64,000 nt of DNA from IMG/VR virus record IMGVR_UViG_3300047548_000777, positions 13,592-77,591 of that record, one strand, 5' to 3'. Below the pieces are notes generated by a model. That model was not told where the DNA came from, did no database searches, and saw only the letters and a program-made list of their open reading frames with translations. A program made the translations under genes and the position numbers. Source of the DNA: a virus. Positions 45,298 to 55,100 of the stretch are shown one piece after another; the first letter of the stretch is position 1; each line of letters opens with the position of its first letter.

Positions 45298-46065
45298 TTA
45301 TTCCGTTTTAAGTTTACAATTATCCCCGTGCCATCTAGCATATCCATTAACTGCAACTAACTGATTGCAATGAGGGCACTGCTTCTTTTCTCGTTTCATA
45401 TTTAAAGCCCGCTGTGTTTCTGCTCGACGCACAACTACTTCCGGATCTTGTTTTCGCCCAGACAATGATTCACTTATCTTTTTCTTTGTATCTTCTGATA
45501 CATTAATCCCAAATCTATTATTATTTTCTCCTTGTTTAGAAGCAGATAACTTTCCTCTCCATTCTTTAGAAAAAGGCTTGCGTTTTTTTCCTAATTTACT
45601 GGCAGATATCTTCGCTCTTGCCTCTAGTTGTTTAGCACCGTTATTTTCACCGGTAACTGCTGCTCGTTGTCTTTCTGTTCCTTCTGCACTACGGTAAAAT
45701 TTGTCTCCGTACATAGGATTTTTCTCGCCAGAGTATCGTTCACTTTGTAACATAGAGTATTCTTCTTTCAAATTTTCATATACTCTAGCTGTAACTTTTG
45801 TTTTATATCGTTGTTGGCGGGAATTTTCTGCTTGCATCATTCTAAATGCGTTAATCATTTTCCAGTGTGCTTCACCGGTAGGGTATATTTTTGTTAATAA
45901 CCAATGGCATATAAAATGTTCGCGGGCAGTTAAATCAGTTAAATTTTCAATGGAATCATCGCCGCCTAGACTTTTTGGCAGTATGTGATGTTTTTCTGTA
46001 TAACCATCTCTAAGTGCTTTTCCTACAGTTGTAATAGCTACATACCATTTTTTGTATTTGTTCAT
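45298..46065 (-). CDS. Free-standing HNH homing endonuclease with NUMOD3-like repeats
   Basis: EKHHILPKSLGG.D...NL..LTAREHF.CH.LL, G.KNPMYG, SEDTKKKISESLSG and C-terminal CPHC...RWH.DNC. Start moved from 46101 to MNKY (46065), 5 nt after TATAAATA. Confidence 0.9.
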   Translation of the reverse strand: MNKYKKWYVAITTVGKALRDGYTEKHHILPKSLGGDDSIENLTDLTAREHFICHWLLTKIYPTGEAHWKMINAFRMMQAENSRQQRYKTKVTARVYENLKEEYSMLQSERYSGEKNPMYGDKFYRSAEGTERQRAAVTGENNGAKQLEARAKISASKLGKKRKPFSKEWRGKLSASKQGENNNRFGINVSEDTKKKISESLSGRKQDPEVVVRRAETQRALNMKREKKQCPHCNQLVAVNGYARWHGDNCKLKTE

Positions 46066-46070
46066 AACTT

Positions 46071-46121
46071 TATTTATATTCGATAACTCAACATAATACA
46101 TTAAAAATAAAATTAAGTCAA
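46071..46121 (-). promoter_or_regulatory. Tandem sigma70-type and T4 late promoters for the HNH gene
   Basis: TTGACT (46116-21)-17 nt-TATTAT (46093-98), then TATAAATA (46071-78). Confidence 0.65.
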
Positions 46122-46122
46122 G

Positions 46123-46147
46123 AAAAAACCCGCCGAAGCGGGTTTTT
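46123..46147 (-). terminator. Intrinsic terminator (UUCG loop) after the major capsid gene
   Basis: AAAAACCCGC-TTCG-GCGGGTTTTTT. Confidence 0.9.
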
Positions 46148-46165
46148 GATATATTAAATGCTCAA

Positions 46166-47341
46166 TTAAGAGAACTTAACAGCACCAGAAGCAATAGCAA
46201 CCTTACCTAAGTAATCTGCAGCGTTACCTAGAGAGCTAGCAGTATTACTCAATTCCACGTAGCCATATCTCGTCATAAAGCTTACGACTGGTTCGAATGT
46301 AGACGGATCTAGAACAACACCAGAGCTCATTAGAGGAACATATGGGCAATAGAATGCAGCAGCGTCTGCTTCGCTGGAACCCTTATATCCAACTAGGATA
46401 TCAGCGTTATCAGCAGCATATGTGTTAACATAGATCTTCATTGCGTTGTTTAGTGTACCAACGAACTTGGTGTTTGTTGGAGCTTCAAAAGTACCTTCTG
46501 TAGTACGAGCAAATGCACTAGTAGTAGCAGATTGTAGAATTGTTAAAGCTAGTGGGCTAACAACTGCCCAGTTACCTGCGCCACGACGTGTACGCTGAGC
46601 GATTAAGTTAGCAACACGGTTGATCTGAACAGCTAAAGCAGCGTGCTCGTCACCAACGAAAGTAGCAGTACCGCTAACAGCAGACTGGTCATAAGTCTGT
46701 AGAGCAGCACCTGCTAGGTTGTTTAAAGAACCTAGAACTTCTTGATCGATTTCAGCAGTAATTTCTTGTGCTAGAGCAGCCATGATTTCTGCTTCGATAT
46801 CGATACCTTGTTGAGCTTGTGCATCTTGTGCAGCTTCGAAAGTCCAACGTGCGCTTAGTTTGCGTGTCTTGGCTTCGACGGTCTGCTTTAAGATTTGAAT
46901 GCTCATTCTGTTACCAGCAGTACCTTCTAACGCAGCAGTATTAGCAGCCTTAGCAGCATTTGCATTTTGGTTACCAGAATAAGCTTCAGCAATCTTGAAT
47001 GGGCTGAATGCTTCTTCACCAGCTACAACGCCAGCGCCAGTGCTTGTATCACTGTAGCGAACACGTAGAGTATGAATTTGGCCAACTGGACCAGTTAGAG
47101 GCTGAACACCAACTAGTTCGTTAGCAATAACGGTTGGCATAACGCGACGAATAACCGGTAGAATAACACGGTTTAGTGTTGCAACGTTACCAGCAGAAGT
47201 AGCGCCAGCTGTAGCACTTTCTGCAAGATACTTGCGTGTATTTTCTAATGTTACAGCCATTGTGGATTTACGGGTGCCGCGTAGGCCTTCTAATAGGGCT
47301 TCCTTGGTCTCGTTCCAACGGCCAGTGAGTAGTTCTGACAT
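46166..47341 (-). CDS. gp23: Major capsid protein (T4 gp23-like)
   Basis: LP.IRR.MP..IANELVGVQP..GP.G.I, VEAKTRKL.A.WT.E.AQD, EI.AEID.E, YKG..E.DA..FYCPYVPL and FMTRYG. Strong codon bias. Confidence 0.97.
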   Translation of the reverse strand: MSELLTGRWNETKEALLEGLRGTRKSTMAVTLENTRKYLAESATAGATSAGNVATLNRVILPVIRRVMPTVIANELVGVQPLTGPVGQIHTLRVRYSDTSTGAGVVAGEEAFSPFKIAEAYSGNQNANAAKAANTAALEGTAGNRMSIQILKQTVEAKTRKLSARWTFEAAQDAQAQQGIDIEAEIMAALAQEITAEIDQEVLGSLNNLAGAALQTYDQSAVSGTATFVGDEHAALAVQINRVANLIAQRTRRGAGNWAVVSPLALTILQSATTSAFARTTEGTFEAPTNTKFVGTLNNAMKIYVNTYAADNADILVGYKGSSEADAAAFYCPYVPLMSSGVVLDPSTFEPVVSFMTRYGYVELSNTASSLGNAADYLGKVAIASGAVKFS

Positions 47342-47356
47342 GTATATCTCCTTGAA

Positions 47357-48448
47357 TTATAATCCAGCTAAACGACGAATTGCAATAATGTTTGTGTCGT
47401 TTTCGCTACTACTTATGCTGTTAGGAATTTTATTTCCTGTTACTTCTTTTGCCTCTACTAGCGCCTTACGTGTGTTAGGAGCAGCTTTACCGGCAACTAC
47501 CGCTGGCAAGTATTTTTCAAAACTTGCACGTAGCTTAGTAGTTTGAACGCTTTCTAGTAATTCATTCATAATTACCTTTTGCTCACGAGCCAAAGGTGCT
47601 AATAATTCATTCATTACTTCTTGACGTTCTTTGCTCTCCATTAGAGCCTTAATTTTTTGTTCTTTGCTTTCTAAGAGTCGTTTCGTTGCATTGGCTTCTT
47701 TACGTGCTTCGGCAACTGCGGATTCTTTCAGGTTTATAACCTTGAGCAATTTACTAATTTCTGATTTTTCGCTTAGATAACTTGTTTGGTACTCGCTTGC
47801 AAAAGCTTCAAACAATTTACGTCCGAAGTCGTTACGACGTGCTGCCTCGATATCTTCACGTAGTTGACTCATCTCTTTAGCTAGAGTTTGTTCAACTGCG
47901 CCTTCGACTACGACTGCTGCTCTCTTGATAAACTGATCTTTTACTTTAGCAAATGCTTCGCGACCCTCACGAATTAAACGAACCTTTGTTTCTGCAAGTT
48001 CTTGTTTATCTGTGTGGAACTCTGCAATTTCCTGTGCTAGAGCTTCTACTACAAACTGTTCAAGTTTAAAAAACTTGTCAGTCATTTGCTTTTGATCTTC
48101 ATGCAATTCTTTTACTTCGGATGCTAGTTGCTTGACAACAAAATGCTTCATTGTTTCTGCGACGCGCTTGCCTTCCATTACAACCTTAGCTTTTGCTTCG
48201 GCTAATTGCATACGATCTTCAACAAATTGAGCAATTTCTTCACGTAGTTGGTCACCCAACATACGATCTACAGCCTCGACCATGATACTTTTATCATGTT
48301 CGTAGCGCTGTGCAAATTCCTCACGTAGCTGTTGAGTTACTTGGGTACGATTCTCAGTGATTCGCTTTTCCCAAGCAGACTCAATTTCTGCTTTAACTTG
48401 TTCAGAAATCACATTGTTTTCAAACAGGCTTTTTAATGCTTCCAACAT
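47357..48448 (-). CDS. gp22: Prohead scaffold/core protein (T4 gp22-like)
   Basis: Glu/Lys-rich coiled coil between the protease and the capsid gene. Confidence 0.8.
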   Translation of the reverse strand: MLEALKSLFENNVISEQVKAEIESAWEKRITENRTQVTQQLREEFAQRYEHDKSIMVEAVDRMLGDQLREEIAQFVEDRMQLAEAKAKVVMEGKRVAETMKHFVVKQLASEVKELHEDQKQMTDKFFKLEQFVVEALAQEIAEFHTDKQELAETKVRLIREGREAFAKVKDQFIKRAAVVVEGAVEQTLAKEMSQLREDIEAARRNDFGRKLFEAFASEYQTSYLSEKSEISKLLKVINLKESAVAEARKEANATKRLLESKEQKIKALMESKERQEVMNELLAPLAREQKVIMNELLESVQTTKLRASFEKYLPAVVAGKAAPNTRKALVEAKEVTGNKIPNSISSSENDTNIIAIRRLAGL

Positions 48449-48461
48449 GTGTTTCTCCTCG

Positions 48462-49097
48462 TTATTGGAGTCCGCCTATTATGCGTAATAGGCTTTCTTT
48501 AATATATGTTTGCGCCTTAGGATCGCCCTGCACCTCCTTCGCTATACGAAGGCTACTATATCCCCCACGAGTATTCATGAGGTGTTCGTAAATCGGTGTA
48601 GGATACGCTCCTGGAGCACTTGGTTGAGCTACCACATCAACTGTGATAATTTCAAAATCTGATACTTCACCGGAACCGTCTTCTTTGACGTTCCCGGATC
48701 CGCGACTACTGACTCCTAACTTAACCCCACTGGTCAACATAGCTTTAACTAGTTCTCCCATTGGGGTAGGTAGGATTTTTAATTTTCCATAACCGTCTGT
48801 GCCATCCATCCACATTTCTGTAATCATATGACTTACACGGTCAAGGTTAATTCTTAGGTCATCTGGATGATCAACTTCGCCTAAAACTGAATAGCCACCT
48901 GCGATTTGATCGTTCAGGGTCTTGACAGCCCTAGCAATCTCTCTTGCAGGATAAACACGCTGATTTTGATTCCGCTTGTCACCTTGGATAAAGATACCTT
49001 TCATATAAAGGTTCTTACCACCAGTGCCCTCATCGGATTCAACGACCACTTTCGCCTGGTCGAAACTCAGATTTTCACGAAGATAATTCATCGTCAT
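48462..49097 (-). CDS. gp21: Prohead protease (T4 gp21-like)
   Basis: GIFIQGD.RN.N.RVYP, LGE.DHP, VSH.I, LGVSSRG.G and DVVA.PSAP.A. Confidence 0.95.
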   Translation of the reverse strand: MTMNYLRENLSFDQAKVVVESDEGTGGKNLYMKGIFIQGDKRNQNQRVYPAREIARAVKTLNDQIAGGYSVLGEVDHPDDLRINLDRVSHMITEMWMDGTDGYGKLKILPTPMGELVKAMLTSGVKLGVSSRGSGNVKEDGSGEVSDFEIITVDVVAQPSAPGAYPTPIYEHLMNTRGGYSSLRIAKEVQGDPKAQTYIKESLLRIIGGLQ

Positions 49098-49103
49098 ACC
49101 TTC

Positions 49104-50051
49104 TTACTTTGCTCTTTTCGGAGCACCATTGATAGGGCTACCTGCGCTCTTGTCGCCGTTGTCTCCACTACCTTTTCTTTCAGCACCGTGTCCTGGTTCT
49201 TTTTTCTTGAATGCTGTTTTACCAGCTTTTCCGCCAGGAACATTAATGTTGCCGAAATTTTCTTCTTTAGCAGTTGGCTTTAGTAGACCGCTTTGTACGC
49301 CCTTACCGCCAGCTTCGCCGCCCTTCACGATATTGGCAGTTGTACCGCCCATGTCGTTCTTCATGTTATCAATAACGCTCTTTACATTATCACCGTTGTC
49401 GCCAGAAGATTTCTTTTCAGCACCGTGGCCGCCGCTGACTTTTTCAATGTACTCACGCATAAATGCTGTGGCATCGAAACTGTCTTTGATTTCTTCTTCC
49501 TCTTCCTCTTCTTCTTCGCCTTCTTCGTCGCCCATGTCCATTTCGTCATCAGCTTCGTCGTCTGCTTCGCCCTCTTCGCCACCGAAGTCCATGCCTTCAG
49601 GTTCTTCTTCGCCTTCTTCGTCGCCCATCATTTGCTCAAATTCGGCACGTAGGTCATCTAATGCGTCTTCTAGATCCATAACACGATCTTCTAGATCGCC
49701 TTCTCCTTCAGCACCATCCATGTCCATATCGGAATCCATGTCAGAATCCATATCGGAATCTGCATCGATGTCGCCCATGAAGTCATCTGTAGCATCTCCG
49801 CCGACTTCACCGTCGTCTTCGCTACCGAATGGATCGGCGCCCATTTCGTCATCTTCGTCTTCAGTTTCACGGAAGGTAACTTCCATACCCTCGTCAACTT
49901 CTTCATCGTCATCTAGCTCTTCGGCTAAGATGGATTCATATATTTCGCGTGACTTTTCAACTACTAGTTGGTGAAATACTTCACGCGCTTTATCTTGTTC
50001 TTCACTAATTAAATACTCGAGCATCTGCTCGAACTTGCTTCGGTCAGTCAT
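49104..50051 (-). CDS. Highly acidic prohead core protein
   Basis: Very long Asp/Glu tracts with MDSD repeats and a basic C-terminus. Lies between portal and protease, like the T4 gp67/68 core proteins. Confidence 0.7.
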   Translation of the reverse strand: MTDRSKFEQMLEYLISEEQDKAREVFHQLVVEKSREIYESILAEELDDDEEVDEGMEVTFRETEDEDDEMGADPFGSEDDGEVGGDATDDFMGDIDADSDMDSDMDSDMDMDGAEGEGDLEDRVMDLEDALDDLRAEFEQMMGDEEGEEEPEGMDFGGEEGEADDEADDEMDMGDEEGEEEEEEEEEIKDSFDATAFMREYIEKVSGGHGAEKKSSGDNGDNVKSVIDNMKNDMGGTTANIVKGGEAGGKGVQSGLLKPTAKEENFGNINVPGGKAGKTAFKKKEPGHGAERKGSGDNGDKSAGSPINGAPKRAK

Positions 50052-50145
50052 TGTTTATTCTCCTTTAAGGTTGTAAGGCTGTCAAATATATTTACATATA
50101 ATTGTAAATTCTATACGGAAATAGTGATTTTTTGAATGTTTTTAT

Positions 50146-50388
50146 TTACATCGCCGGCTGAGCAGGTGGTTTATACATTTGTTCAATGAATTCTAATTCT
50201 TTTTCCTGCTCTAAAATATGTTGTTCAGATGCTTGCCGTAGCTGTTTGATCTGTTCTAATGTTAGGCGAGTTTTGCGTGTATCTTTACGCTTTATCGGCA
50301 TGAGAGAGTCTCGGCTACCGTCGTAACGCATGTCGTTAGACACCGAACGGGTGTCTTGATCCATATAAAATAGTTCTCTCAATATCAT
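50146..50388 (-). CDS. Small protein, probably head-associated
   Basis: 80 aa, MILRELF... DTRKTRLTL.QI..LR. Preceded by TATAAATA-N5-ATG. Confidence 0.75.
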   Translation of the reverse strand: MILRELFYMDQDTRSVSNDMRYDGSRDSLMPIKRKDTRKTRLTLEQIKQLRQASEQHILEQEKELEFIEQMYKPPAQPAM

Positions 50389-50396
50389 ATTATTAT

Positions 50397-52142
50397 TTAT
50401 ACAATTGGGGGAGTTGTTCCCGGTACTGGTGCAGCTGCACCCTGAGGTGCACCGCCAGGAGCTGGGCCTGCAGCAGAACCTGGTGGGAGAGGCATTCCAG
50501 GCGGAGCCATAGTATCAGTCATTGCGCCCATATCGTTTTCAATTCCTGCTTGGCTTACGCCTACACTTCGTAACTCGCCTGAGCTGTCTGTAACTGATGG
50601 ATGACCTTTTCCATTTTCTTCAGCCCATAAACGTTCGTTTTCTGCAATCTCTTCTTCGCTTAACCCTAGATAGCGCTTAAGAGCAAACCTCTTACTAATA
50701 TAAGTTTGTTGACTGATAGTGCCATAGGTATTAATACGCTGGTTGTCAAGTTCTGCTTGACGATAACTGGCAAAGTTTTGAGGAGGCTGAAACTTTAATT
50801 CAAATAATGAACTATCAATGTTTACTCCCCTACTGTATAGGTACAGTTTAAATTCTTGATCAAATTCATCTTGCATTAAACTTTGCAATCTCATGCAATA
50901 ATTATTGAATCTAAGTTCTTGAATGTAAGCAGTACCAACTCGACCATCATTGTACTGAGATGCACTGTCATCTGCGCCTGTTGGTAGATAACTACTAGGA
51001 ATACGTAAACCACGGAATAGTTTATTGGTAAAATATTTTAAATCATCAATTTCACCTAAATTAGTACCGCCTGGTAGTGTTTCAACCTTTGATCCTCGAC
51101 CCTCTGCTGTAGTTGGAAAGAAGTAGTCTTCGTTAATGCTTAGTGGATTGTACGCACTGTCAATCACGTTTTGTCCGCCGCCTGTAGCACTAGGTATGCG
51201 GCGTTGATGTATTTCATTTTTAACACGTTCAACAAACCCCATAGCCAAGTGGCTGGGCATGTTACCAACATCAATGTAGAAAATTCGACGTTCCGGAGCA
51301 CGTTGTATACGATATATTAATATCGCATCTTCTAATAGTTCTTTTTGCTTGAAAACTTTAAAAATATTTTCCAACAGACTATTACCAAATGGATAGTTAT
51401 TATCTAAGCCCTCGCTTAAACTTAAATGTATTACATGTTCCGAATTAATAGCTAACTCAGTTTCCCCGGTGCTGAATCTAGTACCAATGTTACCACCGTA
51501 TGCACTTCCTGTTGCACTGGTTGCACTGGCTCCACCAGGACCTGCAAAGTTTGTTCCACGTTGATTGGTGTTTAGATAGCTAGGATTTATCTGTGTAACT
51601 GATAAGTCAACAAGATTGGGGTTTAAATCTCGTATAACATATTGCTCAGGTTCTTTGCCTTCACTTTCGTTTACGATAACCTTAACAATTTTTGCAGGAT
51701 CAATGTGCATCCATTTATATGTTTCCGGGTCTCTTACAAAGAAACAATCTCCGTATTTGAATACATTACGTACAATACGGAAAATACGAGTCTCAAATTT
51801 TTGTAATTTGCACCATTGTTGTAGATATTCCCTAAGAATACTGACTTCACTATTAGTAGCTTTGCTTTTAAAGTAAAGGCTAAATGGTGTTTCGTTTTCT
51901 CTATTTTTTTGGCTACAAAATTCTGCAATGATATCCAATGCCGCGTTTACTTCGCTATCCATATCCATAGTATCATACTGCTGATATCGTTCAACACGGT
52001 TAGGTGCACCAGTGTAAACATCAGGAAGGAAACTAGAATAGTTTTTTCTAGCTGGACCAGGGTTACTAGTGGAAGTCAACGGACTAAAACTACTAGGGTT
52101 AGTATTAACTTCTACGGGGGTAAAAAACTTTTTCCAAGACAT
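50397..52142 (-). CDS. gp20: Portal protein (T4 gp20-like)
   Basis: LLEDAILIYRIQRAPERRIFYIDVGNMP, EDYFFP....GRGSKVETLPGG.NLGEIDD.KYF and ELRF. Pro-rich tail. Confidence 0.97.
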   Translation of the reverse strand: MSWKKFFTPVEVNTNPSSFSPLTSTSNPGPARKNYSSFLPDVYTGAPNRVERYQQYDTMDMDSEVNAALDIIAEFCSQKNRENETPFSLYFKSKATNSEVSILREYLQQWCKLQKFETRIFRIVRNVFKYGDCFFVRDPETYKWMHIDPAKIVKVIVNESEGKEPEQYVIRDLNPNLVDLSVTQINPSYLNTNQRGTNFAGPGGASATSATGSAYGGNIGTRFSTGETELAINSEHVIHLSLSEGLDNNYPFGNSLLENIFKVFKQKELLEDAILIYRIQRAPERRIFYIDVGNMPSHLAMGFVERVKNEIHQRRIPSATGGGQNVIDSAYNPLSINEDYFFPTTAEGRGSKVETLPGGTNLGEIDDLKYFTNKLFRGLRIPSSYLPTGADDSASQYNDGRVGTAYIQELRFNNYCMRLQSLMQDEFDQEFKLYLYSRGVNIDSSLFELKFQPPQNFASYRQAELDNQRINTYGTISQQTYISKRFALKRYLGLSEEEIAENERLWAEENGKGHPSVTDSSGELRSVGVSQAGIENDMGAMTDTMAPPGMPLPPGSAAGPAPGGAPQGAAAPVPGTTPPIV

Positions 52143-52143
52143 A

Positions 52144-55100
52144 TTATGGTGTTACTCTATCATATATATTTGACGAACCAGATGATCTAGTTGTCTTAAT
52201 TTGTTTGTTCAGTAATTCTGATTGCTGTGTAATCAGCTGACTCATTTGTGTATTTAATCTATTTAAACTACCCACAACGTCATCAAGAGTAGCTGGCTTT
52301 TTATGTGCTGCAGCATTTTCAGCGGGTTTGGTAGTGGCAGCTGTAGGCGGTGGGGTTTTTGCCTTTGCAGCTTCTGCTTGTGCAGCTTCTTTTTCTTTCT
52401 CTGCTTTAGCTTTGTCTTCAGCTACTTTATTTAATGCACCTTTTGCATCTGCAGATGCGGCTGGTGGTTCTTTGGGGGCTGTCTTTAATTCAGAAGCAAC
52501 CCCCTTCATTCCAGGCAATTGATAGATACTGTTTAAATCTACTTTTCCTTCTTTGTTAACTGCCTTGGCACGTAATTTTTCGGAATCTAATATTCTATTT
52601 TTGTTTACAGCAGATTCTTTAGCAGTAGCTGACGATTCTTGTTTAGAATTGCTTGTTACATCAGCAACAGTCTGAACATCTAGTTTTGCCTGCTCTATTT
52701 TTTCCGAAGCTGCTTCTACAATTTGCGTTGTAGCATCTATATTTTTCTTTTTAGCTTCAATTGCTTTATTGATCGTTTCTAGATCTTCTTCATGATACTT
52801 TTTAGATTCTTCTAATGCCGTTTTTTCTTGCTTATAACCCTCTAGCTTAAATTCTAGTTGTTTCTTTTGATTAGCAGTACTAGCGTTTTGTATTTCCGCT
52901 TTTACTGATTCTATTCTATCATCTGCTGCTTTTAACTTCTCAATATCAAGCGTGAGTTGTTGTTTTGTACTTTCTTCTTTGTACTTTATTGTTTCGTCAT
53001 CTTGCTTTAACAGATAGTTAAAGTAATTTTTCTGACCTTGTGTTAATTTAGCTGTAAGCTCTTCCGTAGATAAAGTTAACTCTTTAGTCGGAACTGCATT
53101 GATTAATGCACTATTAGTTAGTTCTGCATTCTTTTGTACTTCTTTTGCAGCTTCAATTTGCGTGTTTTTAAGTTCTTCAGTTTTCTTACCTGTAATTTCT
53201 GCAATAATTGCCTGAGTATCAGCAGCCTGTTTTGCTGCAGTTAATTCTGCATTCTTAACCTTAGATAAGTTGCTGGATGCCGATAATTGTTCGGATAGCC
53301 TCTTGTACTCTTCATTATGTTCTAATTCAGCAAGCCGCCCTTCTTTTTCATAACGGTCTTCCATGATTTTCATGGCGTCAGCAGCACCTCGATTAGCAGT
53401 AACCGCAGCCTGGGATTCTTCTTTCAATGATTCTAAACGCTGTTTTGCAGCAGTCGAGCTCATCGACATCATTTCATCGTATATTTTCTTTTGACTGTCG
53501 TTGAGATTTATTTTTCCTAACTGCATTGATCGTTCAATAATCTTTGGATCAATTACACCGGTCTTTTGCACACGTTCTTTTTCTGCATCTACTTCAAAAG
53601 ACCGTTTTAAATATTCTTCTTGACTGATACGTATGTTACCGTCCGGTATTTCTTTCGATTTCTTATTGGCTTCCACGTAATCTGCGGAGAAACTTTTTAA
53701 TATAGTTTCTCCTTTTTTAGTGGTATCAATATAAAAGTTTTCAAATTTGGCACCACTTTTCTTAATCATATCGGAAATTGCGTTATCACTCATTCCTGCA
53801 ACGTTTTTACCTATTAGATCCTTTGACAGTTCTGCTTGTTTTTGAGCCTCTCTTAATTCAGCCGCTTGAACTCTAGACATCTCCTGCGATGCGGTTTTCT
53901 TTTCTTTAATTGACTGCTGTGTAAGCTTTGAATTTTCTTTAATTTGATCTGAAGCTGCTTGTAAATCGTTAAACTTGGCGGTTCTTTCTTCATAAGAAAC
54001 TTTTTTACTCTCTTCAGCGGCATCTTTTTTATAAGTTACTTCCCATTTAGTTCCAGCATCAATTACAGACTGTAACTTCTTAGATTCAACTTCGTACTTT
54101 TCTCTTGCAGCCTTAATAGCCGGATCAACTGCTTCGATATGCATTGGGGATACTTCTCGAATACCACTTTTTCTTAATGAACTGTTGACTTGTTCTAATG
54201 TTTCGCTTTTTAACTTTTCAAAATCACTATCTAATTTTTCTAATTGTGCCGCTGCCTTTTTTGCACTGTCGTTTTGTACAAGCTGAGTTGTTTTTTCTCC
54301 CTCTTCAGTTGTACTGGTGCTGGTAGATACTTTTACTGAACTAAAGGTAGTTTTAATATCTTTAGATACTCCACCTAAATCTAACTTCGGCACTGATGAT
54401 TTTAAAGAATTAATTGCTGTTGCAGCGCCTTCAGACTGAATACCTAATGCTAAATTTTTAAGCTGATCTTCGGTAATAACCCCTTCTTTACCGTGCAGCA
54501 TAGCCAGTGTGCCTTGTCCAAAATCTTCAATAAGTTTTCCTACAGTTCCAGCCGATCCAGTTTCACGAGTTGTCTTAACTTCTACTGTAGGTGTTTCTGG
54601 TTTAGTTTTATCTGATTCAATTGTTACTGGTATGGCTTTATCTGTTTGAAATGTTACAGGACTTGACCTAGTATCTGCAAATTGTGTTACAAGTTCTGTA
54701 ACCACTTTGCTAACTTCATCTACCGCAATGTTAGATGCTTTAACTGCCGCAACCATTGCTGATCCCAGCGGACCACCGCTAGCCTGTTCTTGGCGTTCTT
54801 TAAATGCTAGCTCACCTTCACCTTCTTTTCTAGTGATAGGCTCGGGTTTTAACCCTTTTTGCGCAGCTTCAGCCATTTTTGCACCGAGACTTTTGCCAGG
54901 GCCTTCGATTGCAATTAATGTTTCTGATATAGTGCTGCCTACTTTGTTTAATGCACCGGCTATACTTTCTCCGCTAGCATTAATTGCAGTGATTGCTCCT
55001 GCGGCACCCGCCTTTAGTTCTTGTTGGACTTTTTCTGTAGCAAGTGCACCTTGTGTTACACCTGCTGTTTTTGTTTGGCTGGCTAAAATTCGTTCATTTG

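Noticed and set aside
44784-46228. Group I intron or spliced capsid gene
   Set aside because: The upstream capsid copy is complete, with its own stop and terminator, and no P/Q/R/S core was seen. No splicing is needed.
49129-49974. Long antisense ORFs (here and at 24480-25364, 27253-28017, 54707-55393 and others)
   Set aside because: Shadows of biased codon usage in the real minus-strand genes: low-complexity Ser/Val/Pro-rich products with no SD.
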